64,000 nt of DNA, from positions 311 to 64,310 of the forward strand of contig JAQUNI010000003.1 in the NCBI GenBank assembly GCA_028717685.1, read 5' to 3'. The notes under the pieces are model-generated. The model did no database searches and was not told the DNA's origin. It was given only the letters and a program-made list of their open reading frames with translations. This DNA comes from Patescibacteria group bacterium (GTDB lineage: Bacteria; Patescibacteriota; JAQUNI01). A program made the translations under genes and the position numbers. Shown one piece after another: positions 8,315-15,981 of this stretch (the first letter of the stretch is position 1; each line of letters opens with the position of its first letter).

Positions 8315-9670
8315 TTAAGGTAAATATTGAAGCGGATTTGTCGCCTCCCAGTGTGTGTAAGTTTGTCCGCTTGCGCTGTCAATTTCGTCTGTGCCAATAT
8401 GGACTTCAAAATGGAGATGAGGACCGGTGGTAAAATAACCAGCGCCGGGCGTACCTGGTGTAGCGCCAGTATAGCCAATAATCTGCCCTGCCTTTACAAA
8501 ATCCCCTTCTTGGACTGCAAAGGCGGAAACATGGCCATAACGGGTTTGTAATTTTTCAGTGTGAATTAGGGTAATATAATTGTAGCCATAACCGGCATCG
8601 CGCGTACGCGCGACATATCCCGCGGCAGGAGCATAGATCGGTGTACCTTGGGGACAGGCGATATCAATGGCATTATGCTCAAAATAACGACGGTAAGGAT
8701 AAGAGGGGTCATGGAAGGTGGAGGTAATGCGGCGGTAAGGGATAGGCCAAGTAAGAATCGCATTCAAGTTCTGCGCTCCCTCCTGCAAGGTGGCGATCTT
8801 CTTCCTTACTTCTTCTTTTAAGGTAACTACTTCCTGGTTCAAAGCTCTTTGAGCCGCCGCCGCTTTTTCCAGAAGAGCTTCATATTTTTCCTCATTCTCT
8901 TGCGTCTGGGAGAGGATTTCTTTTTTAGCCGTCTTTTCCTCGGCGAGCACCTGTTGTTTATTTTCCAACTCTTTTCTTCTATCAGTGAGTTCCGCTACCT
9001 TGTTTTCCGTCATCTTCTTGTCTGCCTCTAGATTTGCCTGAAGGTCACTAAGCTTATCTCGTTTTTGTTTCAAAATGTCGTTGATTGTACTGGTATCCTC
9101 TACTGTCTTTTCATATTCAGCCCAACTGTTGTATTTAATAATTACTTTAAAAAATTGAATAATGATATCAATAATACCGCGGCTTTCTGCTTCCTCGCTT
9201 CCCAGATAGTCCTCATCTAGACTATTAATTTCTTGGAGAATTGTTTCAATTTCTTCTAGCTTTTTATCAATCTCTTTTTGGGTAAGGTTGATATCTAGAG
9301 CCAGTTTTTTAATTTCCAGCTCTTTCTGTTGGATTTCGCTATTAAGAAGGTTGACTTCATCTTCGGTTTTATTAATTTGGCTGTCCAGAATGTTGATATG
9401 CCCTTTCAAGGTGGCGGCTTTGTTTTGGAGATTATCAACTTCTTTTTCATAAGCAGCAATTTTATCTTGGATTTCGTCAATTTGACCGGCTTTGTCTTGA
9501 ATCTGATTTTGGAGATCAAGGATGCTCGCTTTCTCCTCTTCAGAATTATCTTGGGCTCGGATAGGCTTAAGGGAAACAGAGTTAACAGCTAAAAGTATTA
9601 TCAAAAATAATATTACTTTCCGTTTTATCGCCGCAACAAAAATTTTCAATTTGCAATTTTTAATTTTCAT
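8315..9670 (-). CDS. Membrane-anchored coiled-coil M23 (LytM-type) metallopeptidase, EnvC-like.
   Basis: N-terminal hydrophobic segment, a long coiled coil of about 250 aa, and a C-terminal M23 signature (HNAIDIA ... GPHLHFEVH). Confidence 0.8.
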   Translation of the reverse strand: MKIKNCKLKIFVAAIKRKVILFLIILLAVNSVSLKPIRAQDNSEEEKASILDLQNQIQDKAGQIDEIQDKIAAYEKEVDNLQNKAATLKGHINILDSQINKTEDEVNLLNSEIQQKELEIKKLALDINLTQKEIDKKLEEIETILQEINSLDEDYLGSEEAESRGIIDIIIQFFKVIIKYNSWAEYEKTVEDTSTINDILKQKRDKLSDLQANLEADKKMTENKVAELTDRRKELENKQQVLAEEKTAKKEILSQTQENEEKYEALLEKAAAAQRALNQEVVTLKEEVRKKIATLQEGAQNLNAILTWPIPYRRITSTFHDPSYPYRRYFEHNAIDIACPQGTPIYAPAAGYVARTRDAGYGYNYITLIHTEKLQTRYGHVSAFAVQEGDFVKAGQIIGYTGATPGTPGAGYFTTGPHLHFEVHIGTDEIDSASGQTYTHWEATNPLQYLP

Positions 9671-9733
9671 TAAATTTTTAATGTATTAATTTTCAAACGG
9701 TTTAATAATTATCAAATTAAAAATTTAAAAATT

Positions 9734-11215
9734 TTATTTTAATTTTTCAATGGCTGTATTTATACGGCTTAAGACCTCTTTTTTTCCTAAAACCTCTGCC
9801 ACTTCAAAAGGGCCGGGCGAGGCTTTCTCTCCGGTCAAAGCAACACGCAGGGGCCACAATAATTCCCCTGTTCCGATTTTATGCTTGGTAATTGTTTTTC
9901 TTAAAGTTTTTTCTAAAGATTCCTTTGTGTAATCTTGGTCTTTCAGGGCAGATAATGCCTTTTCTCCTATTTCCAAATTTATTTTTATATCTCTCTGCGG
10001 TGCATTTTTCCAGATTAAAAGTTCAGGATTATAATTCGGTTTTTGGAAGTAAAAATGGCTAAATTCCTGAACTTCATTGAGTTTTTTCAATCTTTCCTGT
10101 ACGGTTTTAATCGCTTTTTCAAGATAAGTTTTTGAATAGGCTTTGAGGTTATACTTCAAGAATTTTCCTTGCAGAATCAGTTGCGTCAGATCCCCGCTTT
10201 TCATCTTGCGGATATAGTAGCCGTTCATATTGTTTAATTTTTCAAGATTAAATACAGCCCCGCTTTTATTCAATCTTTCCAAAGAGAACTCTCTGATTAG
10301 CTCTGCTAGAGTAAAAATCTCGCGGTTATCCTTAGGATTCCAGCCCAAGAAAACCATATAATTAATAAGCGCTTCGGGCAGATAGCCTTCTGCCCTGAAT
10401 TCTTGGACGGCGACTGGAATGACCGCTCCCCCATTCTGCGCTTTGCGCTTACTCATTTTGGAGCGATCCGGATTTAAGATTAAAGGGAGATGGGCATATT
10501 GGGGCGTCCCTAGAGCCAATGCTTTTTGCATTGCGATTTGTTTGGGAGTGTTGGCAATATGGTCTTCGCCGCGGATGACGTGGGAGATTTTCATTGTGTA
10601 ATCATCAATAACGACCGCAAAATTATAAAGGGGTATATCCAAGCCTTTCGCAATCACAAAATCCCCGATGAGCGCGCCGTCAAATTCCAGCTCGCCGCGG
10701 ATTAAATCTTGGAATTTGATTTTTTGGTTCGGCATTTTAAAACGGATTACTGGCTGTCTCCCCTCTTTTTCATATTGTTCAGTTTGCGCAGAGATTAAAT
10801 TATGGCATTTGCCGGAATAACGCGGCGGCTCGCCTTTAGTCTGTTGTAAAAGCCGTTCGTCAGCTAATTCCTTTTCCGTGCAGTAGCAATAATAAGCATT
10901 ACCTTGTTTTAAGAGTTGTTCCAAGTATTTATGATAGATTTTGATTCTTTCCGATTGCCTATAAGGTCCATATTCTCCTTCTTGATCCGGTCCTTCATCA
11001 TATTTAATGCCTAACCATTTTAAATTTTTAATTACATCTTTTTCCCATTTGGGATCGGAACGTTCTATATCTGTGTCTTCTATCCTTAAAATGAATTTTC
11101 CTTGATTTTTTTTTGCAAAAAGATAATTAAAAAGCGCGGATCGCGCTGTGCCGATATGCAAAGGACCGGTGGGGCTTGGAGCAATGCGGACGCGGATTTT
11201 TATTTGATTTTCCAT
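9734..11215 (-). CDS. gltX: Glutamyl-tRNA synthetase.
   Basis: HIGH motif (PLHIGTARSAL) and KMSKS (KMSKRK). The true start is most likely ATG at 11215 (MENQIKIRVRIAPSPTG); the ORF extension to 11359 looks like read-through. Confidence 0.9.
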   Translation of the reverse strand: MENQIKIRVRIAPSPTGPLHIGTARSALFNYLFAKKNQGKFILRIEDTDIERSDPKWEKDVIKNLKWLGIKYDEGPDQEGEYGPYRQSERIKIYHKYLEQLLKQGNAYYCYCTEKELADERLLQQTKGEPPRYSGKCHNLISAQTEQYEKEGRQPVIRFKMPNQKIKFQDLIRGELEFDGALIGDFVIAKGLDIPLYNFAVVIDDYTMKISHVIRGEDHIANTPKQIAMQKALALGTPQYAHLPLILNPDRSKMSKRKAQNGGAVIPVAVQEFRAEGYLPEALINYMVFLGWNPKDNREIFTLAELIREFSLERLNKSGAVFNLEKLNNMNGYYIRKMKSGDLTQLILQGKFLKYNLKAYSKTYLEKAIKTVQERLKKLNEVQEFSHFYFQKPNYNPELLIWKNAPQRDIKINLEIGEKALSALKDQDYTKESLEKTLRKTITKHKIGTGELLWPLRVALTGEKASPGPFEVAEVLGKKEVLSRINTAIEKLK

Positions 11216-11290
11216 AATATTTATGCTACTTTGAGGTTGCATTGTTGTGTGGAGTGGTTCCCAATTATTTATAAATAGGAGGTATTTATT

Positions 11291-11764
11291 GTGGACGAAA
11301 TATATACCGAGGCGGATATTCCGGTTTATGATAAGGATGGAAAACGAATAGTGGGTCAAATAGACTTAAAAACTCTAAAAGATGGAAGGGGCGGCTTGAA
11401 TATTAAACAGCTTTTGGCTCTGCATTATTGGGCATCTTGTCACTCTTTAGGCAGAAATCATCCTTATATGGAAGTACTGGAGCAAGAGATTATCCGAAGA
11501 GTGGGTCCCGAGGGAGAAAAGGTTTGGTCTTATGAGGATGTTTTTAATGCCATTGTAGCCGCTGGTCATGATCCAGCAGATGTTACAGAGAAGATTAATA
11601 AGATTATGAAAGATACCAATATTTTAGAAAGCGTAGCCGCCATAATGGTTGCTGAAAGCTTGGAGGTTCATTTGAATGGATTTGTGCTGGTTAATATCGG
11701 TTTAGAGGATAGTCAGGATTTTGGAGTGGAACTGCATGAAGATTGCAGAGTTGATCCTTCTTAA
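11291..11764 (+). CDS. Hypothetical protein (157 aa) of unknown function.
   Basis: GTG start 8 nt after a strong AGGAGG RBS, and a clean rho-independent terminator follows. No recognisable motif. Confidence 0.55.
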   Translation: MDEIYTEADIPVYDKDGKRIVGQIDLKTLKDGRGGLNIKQLLALHYWASCHSLGRNHPYMEVLEQEIIRRVGPEGEKVWSYEDVFNAIVAAGHDPADVTEKINKIMKDTNILESVAAIMVAESLEVHLNGFVLVNIGLEDSQDFGVELHEDCRVDPS

Positions 11765-12708
11765 TTCGGATTTATTTTTGTACTTTCCACCCTTTGCCAC
11801 ATTTTCACGAAGGGTGTTTTTTTTATTTTTAGCTCCCAGAAAATGAGCCACCACAGATATATTCTAGCAAAGATTAGAAGGATCGTCCACCAGAATTCTT
11901 GGGGATTTCGGGCGTATTTAAAGATCTGGAAAATCCCCCGGGTCTCCTGGCGAAAGCTACGCATTTCTGTAGGGGTGACCCTTGAGGTCGCCTTGGGGAT
12001 GGCAGGTACAAGACCTGCCCCTACGAGAAGATCCGGCAATTGCACATACCCTCCCGTTGACCTCTTCTTTTGCTTGTTCCAATCTTTAAAATTATCCGGG
12101 TATTTTATGTATACTTTTGCCTCGTGGGTATAGGCAATTTGGTAACCTTTGTGATGAATCAGGCTGGAAATCAAAGCATCATCAGAAAGAGTATTTTCGG
12201 GAATATTTTTGACTAAATTACCGCGCATAGCATAAAGATAGCCAGAACAATCTATATATTTCCCCTCTTTTGCTCTTTGAAGACGAATTTTGTGCGCCAT
12301 TTCTGTTAGAATATAAGCCCAAAAACCAAAAATATTTGACCTGGGATTGATTGAAATTGGCCGTCCGGAAACCGCGCCTATTTTTGGGTTTTTAAATGGT
12401 TTTAAGATTTCCGAAATCGCTTCTTCCCCTATTTCTACATCTCCATCAGTTAAAATTAGGATATCGTTCTTTGCTTCTGAAAAAGCAATATTTAGAGCGG
12501 CAGGCTTCCCTATTCCTTTATCTTTCAATAACTTGACTTGAGGGTTATTTTTGTGGTAATTTAAAGCGATTTCTTGAGTTCCGGGATCTGGAGCGCAAAC
12601 CAAAATTTCAGCGGAGACATTACGCTTGGATAATTGGCGCGTTATGTTTATAAGTTGTTTTTCTAAAGTTTTTGGCTCTTTGTAAGCCGTGATGATTAAA
12701 GTAATCAT
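11761..12708 (-). CDS. Family 2 glycosyltransferase with a C-terminal transmembrane tail.
   Basis: IITAYKEP...ILVCAPDPGT ... ILTDGDVEIGEEAI (DxD-like) GT-A fold signatures. The C-terminus is hydrophobic. Confidence 0.7.
   Translation of the reverse strand: MITLIITAYKEPKTLEKQLINITRQLSKRNVSAEILVCAPDPGTQEIALNYHKNNPQVKLLKDKGIGKPAALNIAFSEAKNDILILTDGDVEIGEEAISEILKPFKNPKIGAVSGRPISINPRSNIFGFWAYILTEMAHKIRLQRAKEGKYIDCSGYLYAMRGNLVKNIPENTLSDDALISSLIHHKGYQIAYTHEAKVYIKYPDNFKDWNKQKKRSTGGYVQLPDLLVGAGLVPAIPKATSRVTPTEMRSFRQETRGIFQIFKYARNPQEFWWTILLIFARIYLWWLIFWELKIKKTPFVKMWQRVESTKINPN
11788..11828 (+). terminator. Rho-independent terminator (stem caccctt/aagggtg, then a run of T).
   Basis: 7-bp GC-containing stem at 11788-11794 and 11810-11816, followed by about 12 T. 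It lies within the 3' end of the convergent GT2 gene. Confidence 0.6.
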
Positions 12709-12726
12709 ATTAAGGGAGGGTATAAA

Positions 12727-13032
12727 ATGGCTGTGCGTTGCGGTAAATTCACAAAAACTGATGGTGTAATCCGGTTATTGCGCTTACTGCAAACACCCCG
12801 GACACTATCAGAAATAGTTGATTTTCTTGATTTAAATCAAAGGACTGTATGGCGGTATTTCAGAGAGTTGAAGCGATCGGGTGTTCCTATTGTCCGTTTT
12901 AAGGAGGATTCTGCGTTTAAATACTCTTTGTATCCTGAAGGCTGGGCATTAAAAAAAGTCATTTTCAAAACACCTGAAGGAGATAAGGCGGTAGATGTTC
13001 AAGATTGCCTTATAGTGCGCTTGCAAGAATAG
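12727..13032 (+). CDS. Small HTH-domain putative transcriptional regulator.
   Basis: N-terminal winged-helix-like segment (RTLSEIVDFLDLNQRTVWRYFRELKRSG). A terminator follows. Confidence 0.4.
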   Translation: MAVRCGKFTKTDGVIRLLRLLQTPRTLSEIVDFLDLNQRTVWRYFRELKRSGVPIVRFKEDSAFKYSLYPEGWALKKVIFKTPEGDKAVDVQDCLIVRLQE

Positions 13033-13547
13033 TGATGGACTACATCATATTTTGCACCCTTTGAGAAGAGGGTGCTTTTTATGAGGGTGATTTCTTCCAG
13101 TTTAAAGGCAGGAAAACGAATATTTTTTTTAACTTTTTTTAGGGGTCTCGTTTTAAGCCTTGCGATGGTGATGTGGGGGGTAAATTTATGGCTTTCGTGG
13201 TAAATAATTTTGGCTTTTCGAAAAGCATTTACTAAATTCTGATGAAGTTTTTGGGATTTTTTGCTAAGCATTTTAATTCCTAAAACAGAGCCAAAACTCT
13301 TTAAATAATGGGGCTTTAAAACAAGGGGGCTGGTTTTTGGAGCCAAATCTTGGAGAATTTGGCTAATTGTAGCTATTTCCTCTAACCTGCGATCCCCTAA
13401 AAAAGCAAGGGTAAGATGTAAATTTTCCGCGTTAATCCAATGAGTTTGAGGAGGAAAAAGCGGAGCAAGCTCTTTTTGGATTCCTTGAATGCGCTTTTTT
13501 ACCTCGTGAGGCAGGATTAAGGCAATGAAAAAACGTGTAACGGGCAT
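12999..13547 (-). CDS. thpR: RNA 2',3'-cyclic phosphodiesterase (2H phosphoesterase, ThpR/LigT family).
   Basis: Two H-x-T-x motifs (HLTLAFLG and HITIAR) at the characteristic spacing. About 180 aa. Confidence 0.8.
   Translation of the reverse strand: MPVTRFFIALILPHEVKKRIQGIQKELAPLFPPQTHWINAENLHLTLAFLGDRRLEEIATISQILQDLAPKTSPLVLKPHYLKSFGSVLGIKMLSKKSQKLHQNLVNAFRKAKIIYHESHKFTPHITIARLKTRPLKKVKKNIRFPAFKLEEITLIKSTLFSKGAKYDVVHHYSCKRTIRQS
13054..13081 (+). terminator. Rho-independent terminator (gcaccct-ttgagaag-agggtgc-ttttt).
   Basis: Perfect 7-bp stem followed by a T-run directly after the HTH gene. It overlaps the 3' end of the convergent thpR gene. Confidence 0.6.
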
Positions 13548-13556
13548 ATAATGATT

Positions 13557-13593
13557 ATGTAGAGACGTTGTAGTAATACAACGTCTCTAACAT
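13557..13593. promoter_or_regulatory. Near-perfect 28-36 bp palindrome (agagacgttgta-gtaa-tacaacgtctct) in the divergent thpR/radical-SAM promoter region. Candidate operator.
   Basis: 12-bp perfect inverted repeat with a 4-nt centre, 10 bp from the thpR start codon. A TATAAT hexamer sits at 13548-13553 on the plus strand. Confidence 0.45.
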
Positions 13594-13627
13594 ACCATAA
13601 AAATCAAAAAAGTGCTAAAATAGAGGT

Positions 13628-14695
13628 ATGCGAGAGGCAATTTTATACAAAAAACTAAAAGACCAAAAGGTGCGCTGTAATGTTTGCAGCCGCCGTTGTG
13701 TAGTTTCCGAAGGTTGCCGTGGCTATTGTGAAACGCGGTTGAATCAGGGAGGCAAGCTCTATACTTTGATTTACGGTTTAGCTTCCTCTGTGTGTATAGA
13801 CCCAATTGAAAAGAAACCCGTGTTTCATTATCAGCCAGGGACTAAGGTGCTATCCCTTGGCGCTTGGGGTTGCAATTTGCGTTGTGTCTTTTGTCAAAAT
13901 TATGACATCACTTATATAAATGGCAATCGTTTAGAAAAAACTGCAGAAAGGGTTTTTGAACAAAAAAATAGTTCAGAAGATATTCCTAAAAAAGGGATAT
14001 TAGAGCCAAAGTTGATTTCTGAAATAGCACGAAAAGAAGGTTGCCAAGGCATTGCTTGGACTTATAATGAACCCACAATTTGGCTGGAATATACTTTAGA
14101 CGCTTCCAAATTTGCTAAGAAGGAGGGGCTTTATACAGTTTATGTTACCAATGGTTATGCCACGCCCGAAGCCCTGGATACCATTGGTCCTTATTTAGAT
14201 GTCTGGCGGGTGGATATTAAAAGTATGGAGGATAAATTCTACCAAGAGATTGCCAAAGTGCCTCGGGTCTCCCCTATCTTAGAGAATACAATCCGCGCTC
14301 AAAAGAAATGGAAAATGCATATTGAAGCGGTGACCAATATAATACCTACACTAAACGATTCGGATACTAATTTGGAAAAAACCGCGAAGTGGATTTGTAA
14401 AAATTTAGGAGAAAAGACCCCTTGGCATATTACTCGTTTTTTCCCTTGTCTGGGCTTAAAGCATCTCCCAATGACACCCATTGAAACCCTAGAGCGCGCC
14501 GAAGAGATTGGTAAAAAAGCAGGCTTAAAATTCGTTTATTTAGGCAATATCGCTGGCCATCCTGGTGAAAATACCATTTGCCCCCGTTGCGGCAATCTTA
14601 TTATTGAACGCGCAGGTTACAAAGTGGATTTGACGGGATTAAATAAGGATGGCAGATGTAAGAAATGCGGAGAGGAACTAAATATTATTATTTGA
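13628..14695 (+). CDS. AmmeMemoRadiSam system radical SAM enzyme.
   Basis: Radical SAM CxxxCxxC (GCNLRCVFCQN), an N-terminal Cys-rich segment and a C-terminal CPRCG...CKKCG. Memo and AMMECR1 genes follow it. Confidence 0.8.
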   Translation: MREAILYKKLKDQKVRCNVCSRRCVVSEGCRGYCETRLNQGGKLYTLIYGLASSVCIDPIEKKPVFHYQPGTKVLSLGAWGCNLRCVFCQNYDITYINGNRLEKTAERVFEQKNSSEDIPKKGILEPKLISEIARKEGCQGIAWTYNEPTIWLEYTLDASKFAKKEGLYTVYVTNGYATPEALDTIGPYLDVWRVDIKSMEDKFYQEIAKVPRVSPILENTIRAQKKWKMHIEAVTNIIPTLNDSDTNLEKTAKWICKNLGEKTPWHITRFFPCLGLKHLPMTPIETLERAEEIGKKAGLKFVYLGNIAGHPGENTICPRCGNLIIERAGYKVDLTGLNKDGRCKKCGEELNIII

Positions 14696-14705
14696 ATCTA
14701 ATTTC

Positions 14706-15317
14706 ATGCTTTCTTTTGTTTATATTTCCCCTCACCCGCCGCTTTTACTGCCTGCCGTAGGTTCTGCAGAAGATCGGCGGAAGATTCGAAAGACGATCAA
14801 AAATTTAGAATTTTTAGGAGAGAAGTTAAAGAAAATTAAGCCTGACATAATTGTTATTTCTTCTCCTCATTCGGATTGGGGTTTTAATGTTCCTCTGCAT
14901 TTTCTCGCTAATGGTTTTAAAGGCGAGATTAAGCCTTATTTAACGGATATAGAGTCGCCAAAATATTATTTTGAACAGGGCAAGAAGATGTTTAACGCAT
15001 TAGAGAAAAATAAGAAGTATGCCCTGATTGCTTCAGGGGATCTTTCCCATTGCCTTAAAGACGAAGGACCGTATGGATTTCATCCCAATGGTCCCAAATT
15101 TGACCAAGAATTCATTGATTCTTTAAAGAAAAAAGATATTCAAAATCTTTTGACTTTAGATGAAAAATATCCCGATGCCGGAGAGTGCGGTTTGAGATCA
15201 TTTTGTTTTGTTTTGGGTATTCTGGAAGCCTCGGGAATCGGTTGGCAGCCAGAGATTTTGTCTTACGAAGGACCTTTTGGGGTAGGATATTTGGTGGCGG
15301 AGATTAGATTGGAATAA
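14706..15317 (+). CDS. AmmeMemoRadiSam system protein B (Memo-like, LigB-fold), short form.
   Basis: ISPHPP / ISSPHS / DLSHCL His motifs correspond to the Memo IAPHAGY / ILGPSHH / SDFCHWG motifs. Confidence 0.65.
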   Translation: MLSFVYISPHPPLLLPAVGSAEDRRKIRKTIKNLEFLGEKLKKIKPDIIVISSPHSDWGFNVPLHFLANGFKGEIKPYLTDIESPKYYFEQGKKMFNALEKNKKYALIASGDLSHCLKDEGPYGFHPNGPKFDQEFIDSLKKKDIQNLLTLDEKYPDAGECGLRSFCFVLGILEASGIGWQPEILSYEGPFGVGYLVAEIRLE

Positions 15318-15396
15318 GGAATCGTGAATCATGAATATGGAATTATGAATCAGGATTAGCGAAAATTATTTTATTCCCTATTCCAGATTCCAATTT

Positions 15397-15915
15397 ATGA
15401 ACCCTTATTCTTCCTTAGCCAAACAGGCTTTAAAAATTTATCTTGAAACTGGCAAAATTATGAAGGCGCGAAAGAGTATGCCCAGGGCAATGTTAGAGCA
15501 AAAGTCCGGTGTTTTTGTAACTCTTGAAAAAAGCGGGGAACTGCGGGGCTGTATTGGCACATTTTTGCCTGTATATGCTAATATTGCGGAAGAGATTATT
15601 CATAATGCCATTGCCGCGGGCACAGAAGATAATCGTTTTATCCCTATTAATTTGTCGGAGATCGCGGAACTGACGTTCACGGTTTCCCTTTTGTCTGCAC
15701 CAACAAAGGTTCAAGAATTAGAAGATTTGGATCATAAAAAATATGGATTAATCGTGCGCGGCGAGAAGACTGGGCGGAGAGGTCTTCTTCTCCCAGATCT
15801 TCCTGGGATTAACACAGTTGAAAAGCAGGTGATGATTTGTTTGGAAAAAGGAGGGATTGATCCCCAAGCGGAGAAGGTTTCTTTGTATCGTTTTACAGTG
15901 CAGAAATATGGGTGA
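15397..15915 (+). CDS. AmmeMemoRadiSam system protein A (AMMECR1 domain).
   Basis: AMMECR1 hallmark LRGCIGTF. About 170 aa. Confidence 0.8.
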   Translation: MNPYSSLAKQALKIYLETGKIMKARKSMPRAMLEQKSGVFVTLEKSGELRGCIGTFLPVYANIAEEIIHNAIAAGTEDNRFIPINLSEIAELTFTVSLLSAPTKVQELEDLDHKKYGLIVRGEKTGRRGLLLPDLPGINTVEKQVMICLEKGGIDPQAEKVSLYRFTVQKYG

Positions 15916-15981
15916 CGTGTAATTTATAACTCAAGGGGTATATTTTTACGTTACACATTACAAGTTATACGTTATAAGTTT

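Noticed and set aside
11216-11359. N-terminal extension of gltX to the far upstream start.
   Set aside because: The extension (MTHYSFSILIINRNIRLGIYFVHNKYLL...) is low-complexity and overlaps the RBS of the divergent 11291 gene. ATG at 11215 gives a canonical GluRS N-terminus.
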